A stretch of DNA of 61,390 bases, filler included, from Platydemus manokwari (Eukaryota), in assembly GCA_037951405.1 (NCBI GenBank). It is 5 parts of 5 records of this genome, joined end to end, with 100 filler letters (N's around TTAATTAATTAA, not from the genome) between each part and the next. Parts side by side here need not be neighbours in the genome. Positions count along the whole stretch, not along the records: positions 46,655 to 61,390 come from JBBMOY011404757.1; 4 more parts are not named here. One strand, written 5' to 3'. Each line of letters begins with the position of its first letter. The first letter of the stretch is position 1. Under the pieces are notes generated by a model. It saw nothing but the letters and a program-made list of their open reading frames with translations. It did not search any database and was not told the origin of the DNA. Below, piece after piece: positions 47,263 through 61,390 of this stretch. Made by a program: the position numbers and the translations under genes.

Positions 47263-50200
47263 GAACTCTTCAGTTTAAAAAAATCAAGTTCAATACAAAT
47301 TTAGAGCACGAATATATCAACAATTTCAAAGTTCTCCAATCATTGTTCAAAAAACACGGAGTTGATAAAGTGAGTGTGATATTTTTATTTGCATTATAAT
47401 TACATATACATGGATTGCATATTAATTTTAATTATAAAAATTTTGATAATTGGAAATCAATGATGCACTGATGTATTAACATGCACACACACACGTATCC
47501 ATTTGATGTGATTGTTCATCAATTATTGCAACCAATGATATTCATTATAGAATATACATCATCAATTGGTCAATGTGTGAACATGTTTGTCTAATTCTAT
47601 ATATCTCTATTGTTGATTTAATCAACGGAATCATTGATATAATGTTGTATATCAAAAGATATTAATCACAACTACATTCTATGGTGATATTGTAGTATTA
47701 CTAATGATAACTTTACTATTTCCAGATACAAATTCTAACCAACTTGTCGTTAATCACCAAAGAAATGATTTGCATTTCTATTAAATATTATTCACAGTTG
47801 TGTTTACGTAAATAATTTTTATTGGTACAGATTTACATTAGAGCTTTCTTATATATATTTATTAAGTGGTTTTGTGTATTTTTAATGTATTTTGTTATTT
47901 TATTTTTTCATTTTTTAATTGATTAGATCAGATATTTATTTACTTCATTAATATCATATCACTCTTAAATGTTCACATAGATTTTGCTTTACGTGATGAA
48001 CTTTATATTTGATATGAATTGAATAGTAATTAAGTTATCATTTTATTAACTAAATATCTGATTATTAAAGCAAAAATTAATTCAAATTGAGATATACGTT
48101 ATCATTTCTAGGAAGCTCCCGTATCCAAGTTGGTTAAGGGTAAATTTCAAGATAATTTTGAATTCGTACAATGGTTCAAACGGTTTTTTGATGCAAATTA
48201 TGATGGTCATGAATATGATCCATTAGCTGCAAGAGGTGGAGAAATCGTTCAAGGTACTGGTCGTCATTCAGGAGTTAAAGCTAGCGGAGACAGTTTACAA
48301 AGGCCAAATTACTCAGCACCACGTCGAACATCTGGGCCTAACGTCTTAGCTAAACCAACAACAGGTTTAACATTATTTATAACTATTTATAAAAGATTTA
48401 TTTAAAACATTCGTGTGATATAAAGCGCCGCATATAAACACTGTTATATAAATCATTAATGATATGCATTTGTTACTAGCCGCTTATTACATAATTTTAA
48501 CGCAAGATTTTATAAAATATTTTGAAATTTTCGTAATAAGAAACAAATAAACATAATATTTTAATAATAAAATAAATAAAACACAAGAAAAGTTGGTTAT
48601 TTAGATTCGGGAATGATAACATGCTTTTATATGCCTAAAATGAATGATAAATAACATTGTTTGACGATGTCAGCTTCTATTATAGATTCCTGAACTTGTA
48701 TGTCATCATTGAATATTAGGGGTTGTTAATCTTGAGCGTCAGCTGAAATTGAAATAATAATTTTCTTTTGAAAATGTTTATCTATATATGATGATTTTAA
48801 CTGATTCCAATCGAATATCATCAAATTCAGGTATTTAATAAGTTTCAATTTGCAATTATTTCTATATTTTATTCAATAATTGAAGTTTATTTTTGACCTG
48901 GATCTTCATTATAGTTCAATGTTATCATTTTCTTACATGATATTGTCTTCCAACAACATATAGGGATTTTATTGACATGGCTGATTACTTTTTATTGCAC
49001 AATTTCCACAAATAATATTTTTCCATTAATCCCTCTTGAATTGAACAGATTTGTGAAGTTGGGTGTTTTGGTATGTATCTGGCATATTAAAAAATCTAGT
49101 ATATGCATTTACTATTCTTTAACAGTAATATATTATTTATTTCTTGTATTAATATTTTTTTAAAAAATAATACACTTTATCAAAACTTTTAGAAATTTCT
49201 CCAGTGATAGATTTGACAGTGCTATTTAAAGAAAATTCTATAAGTATATAAATATATATTTTAGGTGACAATAAATAAAATATCATTCCCCATTCTTTTA
49301 TTTTTCGAAACATAAATTCATTCTTACTGGATGGAAGTGAATATTTTATCAAGTATTGAATGGTTTTAGGTATAATGCGATGGTAGTAACTATGATTTTA
49401 ATTTAATGAAATTGTATAAAGGAAATCAAATCGTGAGATTTAGAGTTATAATATAATTATATTGTGTTATGAATATTTGATTACATATTAATACAATTGA
49501 AAGTTTTATATAACGTAATTTGCCTAATTCATTCCGTTAATTAGTTAACATATTTAACTTTATATTGTTTTAAATAGGTCTAAAAATGTTGATTAAGGAG
49601 ATCAGCGTGAATGTTATAGAATTATATTTCTGGCTCAATTGCCATACTTAAAATTTGTGAATTTCTAATTTACCAATCCTATTTATCTCAAGGCAAGCAA
49701 TTTGTTATTAGTCTCAAAATAAGTCGTATTATTGCTGTAATATATTTTAAAATATTAATGCGTATAATACAGAGGAGGAATCTAACCGCGCATGTTTTAA
49801 CACAACTATGCGCTCGTATATATAATTATTAATGAATAAATTATTTTCTATCATTATTATTTAAATAAACAACATTTCTCGCAGTCAAGCAACAATCTGC
49901 TTCAAAACCTGCTACAACTCGCCCAGCAACACAACAACCAACTCAACATACTAAAGTATCACCAGCCGGTAGTCACAATTCCGTTTCTCTTAATGGAGTC
50001 GACCAGGTTGAAGCAAACAAATTGCGCAAAGCTATCGAATCTTTAACATTACAAGTATGTTCTAATTTTTGAAGCTTAATATGGACAAACAAGTTTTTCA
50101 ATCGATAATTTAAATATCTATTATCTGGAAATATTTAAAAAAAATTCGCTTGATCATATTTAAATGCAATTTTGTTTAAAGGCCGAAGATGATAAAACTA

Positions 50201-50422
50201 CAATCGATAATCTAATGCGAGAAAGAGATTTTTACTTTAATAAATTGAGGGACATTGAAGTATTGTGCCAAGAAGATGGTGAAAAGAATCCAGTTATTGT
50301 CAAGGTGCTCGAAATTTTATATGCGACCGAAGTAAATATATTTAAAAACTAAATTTCCCATTTATTTCTGATTAATCCAGGAGGGATTTGCAGCACCAGA
50401 TGATGAACCTGAGGAGTTCTGA
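47263..50422 (+). CDS. EB1: Microtubule end-binding protein EB1/MAPRE family, 5'-partial; exons 47263-47369, 48112-48364, 49885-50054, 50182-50331, 50381-50422
   Basis: CH domain [25 protein letters not shown]|[35 protein letters not shown] domain [24 protein letters not shown]|EGFAAP. Acidic tail EEF*. All junctions are GT-AG and phase-compatible. N-terminal exon(s) not found after the spacer. Confidence 0.95.
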
Positions 50423-50739
50423 GGAAAGTAGTGCGATCACATTTCCATTTCCAGAATTATAATTAGCTTAGAATGATCGACTGAATTGTTAATGAATGAA
50501 TGTTTGTACTTGTGTGTGTGCGTGTGTGTATGTGTAATAATTTCATTGTTGATTATTGTTGGACATGCTAATTCATAATTGTATTAATTTTTATGATAAA
50601 AAATAAAGCTTACAATAAAGTGTGAATTGTATTAATTTGTGATGTTTATTTTTGGTTACCGGTTATGTTCCTAATTGATAATTGCAGTTCATTTTACCCT
50701 TAACATTGCATGCTTACGTTTTTCAGTTCTATCGAATTG

Positions 50740-51598
50740 TTAACCAACCAATGAATTGAATTCTCTTTCTGTGTTCATTTGTACTTCGGATTTTGAAAAT
50801 TCACGGGCTTGATCGAAATTTTGTTGCATGTCTTCGATTCTGCTGTCAATTTTCGTGTGAATAATTTATTTTTATTAGCGAAACAATTGCTAAATCGGTT
50901 CAATTTTGTTTGAATGGAATTATTAAGTTTGAATCTATATACATATATATTTATACAAAATAAAGCAATTTTTCTATTTTTATTTATTTTCTCAATTAAA
51001 ATTTACCATGAGTGATTTTCTTTAATTATTCATGAATCTTGGCTAAGTCAGTCAGAATTGTTTTTTGTAGTTAATTTATTAATTAATTTTTCTCACAATG
51101 TATGGTACTGTCGTAATTAATTTCCTTTGGTGAATTTAATATTATTTTGTCAAAGATCTTTATTTTTTTCATAGTAAGATTTAACTTCAAAATTTAGATA
51201 TCTAATTTAATCTTTCTTTAACCATAATTATTTTCGACTTCAAATTTTGCGCAAATAAATTTAGATCTGAGATTTTCCAATAAATGTCGGTATATTTGCA
51301 GATCATTAAGTGAGATAAAACTGTAAATGGTTTATAACTTTCAGTGTTCTATATGAGTTCTTGACTCCCAAACTCATAGAACTTAAATCACTTTTATGGA
51401 TATTTAATGATTCGAATTTGTCAAATTTTAGTTGTATATCTTCATTCGATTAACACATAAATTGAGAATAATTATACTGAAACACCAATGCTAATTATAA
51501 TTGCATTCTGGTTTTATATAAAAATATACCTCACATGCAAATATAAGATAACGAGCTTTTAGTTAAATGTTGCAAAATTCCTTTGAGATGTGGACGAT
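50740..51598 (-). pseudogene. Possible decayed multi-exon coiled-coil gene convergent with EB1
   Basis: GT-AG intron candidates 51529-51477 (53 bp) and 51006-50935 (72 bp); fragments NEDIQLKFDKFESLNIHK and IHTKIDSRIEDMQQNFDQAREF with stops and frameshifts. Confidence 0.35.
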
Positions 51599-54500
51599 CT
51601 AAAATATATAAATAATAATTGATAAGCATTGTAAAACGCACGATGTTATTGTTAAAAATAATTAGTTTATATAACACCAAGCATTGATTAATAAAGAAAA
51701 ATGATGTCTTGAATCATGGCAGAGTTAACAAAAAAACAACTTAATTCGGAGCACTAAAAATAGACAGGAAAATTAAATCAGAAGTTAGACAAAATTAGTA
51801 ACATGTCATTTATAAGAACGAAGGCAGAAAAGGTAACATGTGTTACTCATACCAAGTAAGCGAATCGACAAACAAACATGTTGTCACATCATTCAGCCTG
51901 GGAAGGTGATATAAAAGCGAACTGCTCAGCTATGAAGTGTCAATTTTAATTGCTGTATATTTTCAGCTCCAAGAGCTTATTTGCAGACAATCGTTACGTT
52001 ATACATTTCCAAAATCATGTATGCCAGGACGAATTAATATTACGAATGATTGTATAATTATTTTTATCACGAATAATTACATCATTATTGTTCACGAATA
52101 ATCATGAAATCAAGTAAAAATTATGTTATTGTTTCCATTGTCGAGTTTTCCAATTAAACTTGTCTAGGACACTCATCTTCACATATCACATTTTGTCAAC
52201 AATGGTTTCTTAGAACAGAGTAAAGGACACCAATCCTTATTTCAAATGGAATTTAAGAAATAGTGCTAATTGTTTATTTATAATTTTATATATTTTAATG
52301 TCATTTATATTGCATATTAGCTTATTATTGTTTGCCATATATTTACATCTGTATTTTAATGACTAAATTAATTATTAAACCACTTTATGTATATTTTTTT
52401 ATTTAATTATGTAGTGGATATCATAATAAAATCATCAATAACTTTTAAAATTTTATTTTCCATATTCTACACTGCTGAAGTTATTTTTATTGACAAATAA
52501 TCGATTACAAAATAAATCCATTGAATATATTGACTTAAAAAATATCAGCTTATATTATTTGTTGTTAATAAATGTCAAATCAGGTATCAGTCAACATCAC
52601 TGAATAACGTATTAACAATTATATGCAAATTTGATAACCTGCGAAGATGTTTATTAAAAATCGTGTATATTCATAAATATACAATTATTCATTGATGGGT
52701 GTTGTTATAGTTCAAGGTAATTCATTTTTAATCACGAAATCATCTTTAATCAATCTTTAATAACGAATTAAAATTATGTAATCCTATGTAATAAATACAA
52801 CTTAAATATTAACCATATATTGTTAGTTTAATAAAAAAAATTTTAGGAAAAATGTTTAGTAAAAAAAACTATACTTATAATATTACTTTGTTTTCAATTT
52901 TAAATTTTTTAAAGATTATAAAAATTTATTTCATGAGCACAATATAACTGAATAAGAAATTATTTCAGATAAAGGATCGAAACGACGATTCTTACAAATG
53001 TTATACTAATGCTGCTGTGTTATAATATTATCGAGCTGTCATATGAGATTCGATTACATTGTTTGAATAAAGCTTTCTTCTCAACAACTTCTTCATCAGA
53101 ATTGTAGGATAGTTAATTGATATCGTAATAAGGTTTTTGTTTGCTTCATATGTGTGTTGATGTGCTTTGATTACCTTATTACGTAAGTTCGTTACAATTT
53201 AGATCTCACAATCAAATGAAATCTCAGATTAATAGTAATTTAATCTTTATCCAATAAAACATCACCAATGTACACACACAGAAACCATTTTAGAAATGAT
53301 TCTTCGTCAGCATATTTCGATATTATTTAACATTAATTTGAAAACACTGTGTCACCATGTAATTCAATTATTAAAAATTTCAAATTCTAATTAACGCTCA
53401 TTCTTATGATCGTAGAAACATCAATTAAATTGCAATATGAAAACTCTACATTAAACTGAATTTTTACATATAAATGAGTGATAGCGGTTTACATGAAAAT
53501 ATGTTGTAAATCGTATAAATACTAATACATGGATTAAATTAATTTTAATAGATGATAGTTGCATCAAAACTTCCGACGAATTATCTTAACTGATTCTTAT
53601 ATTATTTAATCCGGTTTACAACTATATAGTGAATGACCAAGGAATATTGATTATCATGATAATAAATGATTTTAGAATGTTGATGAAACCTCGACGAATG
53701 ATGAATTCAAAATAGAATGAGAACATAGACAGGTCATAAACAAGAATCAGGCTCTAGCGATCACTATAAAAAGCCATTTAATTATAAATATTAAATAATC
53801 ACTCGCTTTTCGTGAATGAAAACCGAATAGAATAATCGAATAAATAAGTTAACGATGAGTCTTCTCTGACAGATGGTATTTGGATTAACAATCTCTTAAT
53901 ATTTCTTGTTTCAAATCTTCTTGTAAAAAATTTATTCAAAAACAGTTTTCGAATTGCTTGGAAACAAAGTGTGTTTAATTCTGATTAGCAGTGACTTTAT
54001 ACGTGCTTATAAGTTGATTAAATGGAAAATTTTAAAAATTGGATATCAGAATTCATATTTCGTGTTTATGTTTCTTAATCAGATGTTACATGATGGAAAT
54101 TTGTTAAATATGTGATAAAGTTTACAATCAGAAGGCTTTTTAATCTTTAACTTATCTGGATTCCAACAAATAATGATTGTTGTTTCAATTTAATCCTCGA
54201 AAATTACGAAATTGTAGAGAGTCGTTCCAAACTGAAATCCAAAATTTAAACCAATTTCAAACACCTCTCCAAATATCAACCCATTCAATCAAAAATCTGA
54301 TTTTAACAATACACACCAATTCCAACAATCCAAATTCATTCCGATAATGCAAAACCATTCAAACAATACCAATCTCAATAAAAAATAATTAACACTATTG
54401 GAAATCCAATTTCAAACTCGACAAATTCAAAGCTGATTCTATATTTTACATTTAACTAATCCTTAAACTTTCATTTTATTGATATTCGAAATTTTGAATG

Positions 54501-54669
54501 GGTGACAGTAATTTTAAAGCTTTGTTTTGCACTTTATTTTGCTTTAGCTTGAAGTGATTGTAGTCTATAGTAGTAGTCTATAATAATCTCTTGTATGATT
54601 GTGATTTTTAATAATTATTTTTTCATTTGTATAAGGGAGATTCATAAATGAAAACGTGGTATTTATGAT

Positions 54670-55441
54670 GTGTATGTATGCCTGTTTGATTGCATGTTGA
54701 TTAGTGGTTGCTCAATCTTCAGTTGCTACGATCAAATTAACCTCATAAGATGTGTTTTCATCAACAGAGATTATTGTAAATAAATTATCATTCATTATTA
54801 ATGCGATAACCGCGACCTTTGTTTTCTATTTCGAACGTAAAATAAATGGAGCCAAAATTTTCAGCACGATTAACTTGTAGCAGTGTTTATTACCCAATAG
54901 AACTAGAGGAAGAATAGTAATGAAGGCGGAATTCTCAAAGAAGAATGTGCGCCTCTGTTTCAATCGAATAGAATTTGATATTGTATGAGCCCAGACGACT
55001 TTTCAAAAGTTGATGATCCAAGTGCTGGGACACTTGAACTAGAAGAGAGCAGTGTTCATCATTCTCTACTTTGTTAATAATATTTATGTATTTAATTTGT
55101 TTTAATCGAGCAATCAATTGTTTCAGCGCTGCATACAATATATTTGCATTTTCAGGTCAACGTTTTAACTTTTTATAAACATCATAAGCGTAATGTTCCA
55201 AATGGAAAGGTATTCTAATTAACTTTTGTGGATCATTCCATCCATATATATCACCTGTTACTTCATATTCTTCAAAGAAATCGACAAATCCTTCTTGATT
55301 TCCAGAATGTGGTTTTATATTTAATTTAATCGTTATTCGCATATTAAAGTTATTTTCATTTTGCGCTACATTATTTTGGTTGTGTTGTTGATTATTCATC
55401 ATGTTATTTCTAAAAATATTCCTCTTTCTCAAATGAAACAT
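54670..55441 (-). pseudogene. gag: Second, different Gypsy gag remnant
   Basis: IKPHSGNQEGFVDFFEEYEVTGDIYGWNDPQKLIRIPFHLEHYAYDVYKKL fits the Gypsy capsid N-terminal pattern; degenerate knuckle-like CNQTG near 54680-54695. Confidence 0.65.
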
Positions 55442-56858
55442 AACTTCCTGTGCTAACGCAAATATGTTAAATTAATTATCAAACGATTAAAATTCAAACA
55501 AACGGTACTTATAAATCACAACTCAAACCAATTATTATTTCTCATAATTTTTCTAAAAATAATTTTTTTTGCATATTATTTCAAAAATATAATTTTTTAC
55601 TCTTTGATAATTTTTAATTGTTTTTATACAATAACCTTTAAAAATAGAATTTTCTAAAATTTCACACATAAATCATATTATATTCATGCAAGAATTAATC
55701 ACAGAAGAATCAGATTAGATAAATAAATCACAAAAACGTCAGATGTTTATTACTCGTCCATATCGACTTTCCACCTGGATTGTAGTTGATTAGGACGATT
55801 GGAGTTTGAGTTTGATCTTCTGGTTTGCTGAAGATAAGGATACTTCTGTGGGCATTGTTATTGACGTTGGGCTTGATGTCGGGCTTATTATTCCTGCCCT
55901 GTAACACTAGCAATAACTAACAATCAAAAGGGATACACAATGAGAGTATCTATTGTAGTTCTATTATTTGGGAGTTTGTGGGGATAAGTCAACATGATGA
56001 TATCACTGATGGAATTATAATCGCAATAATTAATTAATCGATTATATATAAAAATAGACAGGTGATTATCATGTTTACGATAATTTATCATTCCATGAAT
56101 TCCAATAAAATTATAATAAAATAATTATAATAGAATTATTAATAGAATAAAGATTGTAGGTGCCTTAGACAAATATAAGTCTCAAATTATAAATGTGCAA
56201 TTAGTAAGAAGATATAAACTAATACAAGAGAAATAATCAGAAGGATTTATGATATTGTTTATAATAAGGCTAAGCTATCGCTTTAAAATCTTCAACTTAT
56301 CTGGACTCCACACAGATAAGGCTGTTGCTTAAAAAAATCTAATATTTATTTAAACCCAAATATGATCTTCTTCGAGGTGGTGGAAGAATCCCTCATCTCA
56401 TTTTTGTTTTGTAAGTTCCATGATTTTGTACAGGTTTCTTCCTAGATAATGGCATAGAAATTCTTCTAACATCCATGGATAATATAATAAAGATAATATT
56501 TAAAATATAAATAATAAAAGCAAAAATAACAAAATAAAATATATTAATCAACAAATGAATAAACAATAATTTGATCACAATCATTTTACAAAACCACAAG
56601 ATAGATGTACGCTATTGTGGGAGCAAAAGATTCCTCAAGTAACAGTAAAAGGCGTTCCACTTAGGTGGCCGGCCAAGCCTCTCAATAAAAAATGAAAGTG
56701 GGGGCTTTTAAGTAATGCTTAGAGATTTTAACGGACCACAAGGCTAAAACTAGTGGTGGGTCTAAATTTAATTAAAATAACTAATTTACTCATTGAATTA
56801 ATAATAAAATATCTCCGCTATTGTACCGATCGGAATTCAGACAATTGGTTGTGTTTCT

Positions 56859-57550
56859 TGTGAAGTATGTAGGTTGCGATTTAATTATAAATAATAATAT
56901 AACAAATAAAAATAACGCAAATATGCTAAAATATAATTACCAATCAAATAACTACAGTATCAAATGAGCAAAGTTGATTTAATACGATCATGTAAACACA
57001 GAACTGGCGAAGTGTGGCTCACTTAACCAGAGGGTAAGAATCACGATACGGGTGAACCGTACAATGAATAAAAGCTATTAAAATAGGTAGGAGCAAAAAG
57101 GAAGAAAGCTTTATTTAATGCCGAGTCTATCGACACGGTATGAAACGATCAATAATTCGGTCTGTACTTCGCTGACTAAATCGATTGGCTTGTGGAGGAG
57201 ATTTCTATGCTTGTCTTGTAGCTGACTAATACTTCTTTCTGTGACTAATTTTCTCTGACTGATATACAATCTTCATATTTCTGCTAGATGACTGTACTCG
57301 TAGTCTGATAAGTGGTTATTTGCAGTTAACTTTTTGGCGGCTTGCTCTAAATCTCTAGCTACTTATATACTAGTTTCGTTATAATTTTAACCAATCGCGA
57401 TTTTTCTATTTCTGGAATTTTAAAATCCTATTTTTGTTTTCAGTTCTATTTTTGTAATTAATAAATTCTATTTTAATTTCTATTCTATTTTTAGGATTTT
57501 CATTTATTTTTTGGATTTTTAATTATGTGGTTATGTTTGTGGGCGTAACA
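56859..57550 (-). mobile_element. LTR-like segment related to the 24.1-24.7 kb segment
   Basis: On the minus strand it begins TGTTACG and ends ACTTCACA, has an internal TATATAAG, and shares its 3' end with 24625-24648. No TSD seen. Confidence 0.5.
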
Positions 57551-57803
57551 TGTTATTTGTCGTCATATGACTCACTATGAGTTCGGATCCTAACAATAAG
57601 CTTCGTCCAAATTTTCATACAGTTGTGCGCTAACTGACTGCTGCTGTTTGCTTTTAAACTGTTTAACGTGTTTATAATATTTGGTAATTATTTCTTATCT
57701 AATTGTTTAGTATGTAATAAGGCAGGCAAGCTACTTACGGAGAGCTTGGAATAAACCTTTTGAAATAATTGTACAACAAAATCAAAATAATTTATTTTAA
57801 CAG

Positions 57804-58058
57804 ATTGTAAATTAAGGAAACCATCCTCAAAGGCGATTAATGACGAGACAATAGTGAACTCAAAATATGAATATCGAATATATGGTGGGCAAAATCGTTA
57901 TAAGATTGAGACACAAATAGGTAAATAGGAATATTACAAATTTTCGAATAAGATTTTGGATTGTAATTACCACTTGCGTGACTTGATCTTCCATTTATGA
58001 AAAATTGGGAAATGAAAGAATCGTGATAATCGGCACGGAATATTTTCTTTTCAAATAG
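57804..58058 (+). pseudogene. Possible trypsin-like serine protease pseudogene fragment
   Basis: Exon 57804-57920 (cag|..|gtaaat) reads CKLRKPSSKAINDETIVNSKYEYRIYGGQN, with a zymogen-activation-like RIYGG. Downstream FWIVITTCV..RIVIIG is weakly WILTAAHC-like, with stops. Confidence 0.3.
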
Positions 58059-58502
58059 AGTTAGTTATTATTGTGTTTTAGATTTGTCCATAATGTGCGT
58101 GTAATAACTGTGATTGCTACCTTACATTGCCATTGATGAATCGCTTGTGGATATTCTCTACGAATATTTATTCAATGCCTATCAAATATCCCTTCATGGC
58201 ATAAATTTATAATACCAGGGAGATATCCTCTAATTACATTTTTTATGGCAGAGAGAAATTCTCTGTTATTAAAATTATTTTTCGTGATTATTTTCTTTTG
58301 CCATTAATTATTGAAAGCAATAATACATAACTAGCAATTTATTAGCCTCTATTTTATTGAAATTTGTTTTAATGATTAAGTTTATTTTAAGGAAGATTAA
58401 TATATTTTAATCGAGTTTTCTTTCTGGAATCGCTAAAATAATTTTACAAATATTACAGAAATAAAATATTATAAATAATAATAATAATAGTAATGATAAT
58501 GA

Positions 58503-59230
58503 TGGAATTCAATAGAGTGGTTTAATATATTTAAGTCAACAGAGCAGTTAGAGGCTGATAATTGATGCTTCCACCAAAAATCTGACTCCTATCAGATAAT
58601 TAAATGAATCTTACTAGTTAAATAAAGAAAAATGAACAATATAATAGACTTATTAAATATATTAGCAATTAACAATTGTGTAATGAGTCGTGTTAAAAGA
58701 ATATTGCAGTGACCTAAAAGATGAAAAATTGACGGAGGGAACTAACTAGTACCCTACTTCGATCTAAAACTAAGAAAATTGTTGATTTAATGAATCAATA
58801 AATTCAGTTAAAGTTTGCTTTATGGATTTATTTAATTTTCCACACTGAATCTCCTGCCGGATATCGATGCGAATAAACTAACAGTGATAATAATAAAGTT
58901 TACCATGTTTCAATATAAGGTTGAATTTTGAATTGATTTGAATAAATTTCTGGCTTGTGATCGTGAAATAATAACAGGAATGATTCTGCTTGCATTTTCT
59001 TGCGAAATATCCAAAACAACGTTTAGGAATTGATAGCTTATGAGCATGTGCACGTAACCAGGTCTGACAATTACTATTTTTGATTGTGGGTTTTTGTAGG
59101 ATTTATAAACCATTTAATATTTTCTATGGTAATTTTCCAAGTTGCCCTGATGATTTGAATTTTAGATTTTAATTGCTATGCTTACGCCTCTTATTTTCCT
59201 GGCGGAGTAAATTAATCACTGTGAATAATC
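58503..59230 (+). repeat. Dispersed non-coding repeat family A, copy 3
   Basis: Shares GGAATTCAAT, GAGCAGTTAGA, the 21-mer, AAAAATTGACGG, CCTACTTC.AT.TAAAACTAA and GAATAAACT blocks in order with copy 1. Confidence 0.8.
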
Positions 59231-61390
59231 CATTTTTCTTAAATTTTATTATACTCATTGTCGCCCACTATATAATTTTATTTTATGTTTGTAATTATCA
59301 TAACTACATGTGTATTATTTATAGCTGTACGTATATCCAACAATGCAAAATATTTTTACCCTTTGATTATCACAGAAATATAACCAATGATTTTATACAT
59401 TAATGTATTATACTTTTATGCATCGATATATTGTCAAATAGGTCCTTTTTGAATTGAATTATCCTCGAACCCCACCATTTGTTTAAGATTTCTAAGTCTT
59501 GTTTAACGGTTTTAATTGAATTTCTTACTTCGTTGCCATTGGCCCATCTGATAGTTTGCACTTTCATGTTTCTTGTTGAGTGTTGATTTAGAAGCATTTA
59601 ATTGATTACAATGATTATAAGTATCGCCTGTCAGTATGTGCTCCCTTTACAGACCTAATTCTGGGGTTCTTAATTGTAATTTCGAGTGGTTATTGACACA
59701 TTTTACTAGATGTAAGCCGCTAGGTTTTTCTACTAAAATATAATTTATACTCCATTTGGTGAAATAAGGCTTATTGATAATTTAAAGTAGATTTAAGAGT
59801 TTTTAATGAAACTACATTCCTTTGTAATACAATAGGTTGTTTGAGTCAGATGTATTTTCCGACGGTTTCTGGAAATGCTTAAAACACTGCTCAGAGTTCA
59901 AGAAATATAAATTGATTGCAGAGAATTTTTCTGACAATTGGGGTTATATTTTGTTTTCGAATAAATTTTTGACTTAGGATGACCAGAAATGGGATTTCAT
60001 TTCACACTGTATGGCATTGAATTGATAATTTGTTCGAAAATTTTTCGAAATAATGTTCTTGTAAAGTTGTTTGAAAAAACACATTGAAAAACAAAAATGA
60101 GAATATTCGAATCCACCAATCCTGCAGTGGTTGTGGTATTTGTATACTCTCTTCATTAATAAAATTAATGCAGACTCACCAGGTTTTGTAAAAAAAACAA
60201 ATGCAAAAATTGGAAATATTGCTTTGTACAGACCCCACCACAATTAAGGGCTAATCAATTCTATTAAAAAATTTTCAAATTCTTCTGAGTCATACGTCCG
60301 TAAACTATATATATATATATATATTAGATAAATATCAGTTACCGAAATTAGTACATCATGGTAAAATAACCCAAATTTAGAATCAAACAATATGGTAAAT
60401 TAGAAAAACGTTAAAATGCAAATAAATAAAAATATGCCACGAGGCAAAAGAGCTATAAAATGCTCTCTAGTCACATTAGCAACGTCACACTAAAAATCAA
60501 TTATCTGCTCTTAACTCGTTAAAGGAGAGAAAATTTTACAAGTATAAATTCACGACAGTGAAAAGTCTACTCACATGTAGAAACCTATTGCCGCAGGAAA
60601 TCAATCAATATATTCGTTCCAATTATCACATTAAACTTGATATTACGCTTTCTCGCGTACCAAGCTAATTATAACGTCTAAAATAAGTGCAGCGAAATAA
60701 TAAAGTAAAAATTTTCTTGTTCGTAATTGTTTTAGACTGATTGAAGACCATCTAAAGCTTCCATATCATTAATCTTAATTCTATTATTTATCATTAATTG
60801 TATCTTATTATTAGCTTAGACCCTGTCCAACTAAGCCATAAAAGTCAGTTAATTAATCAAGTAAAGCCAAAATCACTTGCGAAAATCTCATAGTTATCGC
60901 CACACCTAGTGCTTAACTGTTCTCAAAACTCGCAAGCATCCACAGGGCTCTACTAGTCTATAGCAAATTAAATTGTTCTAGCATTCTTGAACCAATAAAT
61001 AATTTACAAAAATTCAAATTCCTGGTTATTTGTGGCATATTTTATTGTTGTTTATTAGTTCATTGTTATTGATACTTATTGTGTAATTGGTTTGATTTAA
61101 TTATATTTATTTATTTATTTTGATTCATAAATAAAGCGTATTATCATAGTGTGGCAACAATCATAGATCTTAGAATCAGATAATTAAATAATCAATAATC
61201 TTAAACCACACAAACCCCCAATGATATTGACAGTTTCAGTGCGTCATTGTCAATTCTGATATTTCGTGAAAAATTCCAACGTATTCGAATGTTTGATTAA
61301 TAATATTTCATATTTTTCAATACTATGAAATGGAAATCAAAATAACTTCGGAAGGGTTATGCATGAAATAAAGGGTCACACACAAATATA

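Noticed and set aside
59400-59597. DLEILNKWW peptide as a hAT dimerisation fragment
   Set aside because: Single short motif with no following P.L..LA/SER motif.
1-61390. CRISPR arrays, rRNA, intact tRNA genes or prokaryotic operons
   Set aside because: No regularly spaced repeats, rRNA-like blocks or foldable cloverleafs seen by eye; the genes are spliceosomal eukaryotic.

Overview
AT-rich eukaryotic (metazoan) nuclear DNA with short GT-AG introns (~50 bp) and (AAT)n microsatellites. A flatworm/triclad-like origin is plausible but is only an inference. The window is not one contiguous locus: four identical 100-nt spacers (44 N + TTAATTAATTAA + 44 N) join five separate pieces, so neighbourhoods across spacers are not biological. 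Recognisable host genes are an 89-aa LC8-family dynein light chain (2 exons), an intronless secreted GDA1/CD39 NTPDase, the last five exons of an EB1/MAPRE gene, and a large exon encoding a SUEL-lectin-like plus CUB protein. Most of the rest is decayed mobile DNA: a Ty3/Gypsy LTR+PBS+gag, a Polinton/Maverick protein-primed PolB pseudogene, Tc1/mariner, pogo/Tigger and Mutator derivatives, a hAT MITE nested in a complete miniature LTR element (TRIM), and an unclassified three-copy ~750-bp non-coding repeat. Several decayed intron-containing pseudogenes are also likely. I cannot demonstrate a new biological system. The best leads are (i) a tRNA-Arg-primed short-LTR retroelement group whose gag start codon is built from the LTR end plus the PBS, with a possible TRIM partner, (ii) the block-conserved non-coding repeat with X-box-like palindromes, (iii) a DEDDh-exonuclease-like remnant inside a retroelement-like region, and (iv) an AGTAGT-ended hairpin beside the Polinton PolB. 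All alignments were done by eye; no searches were run.
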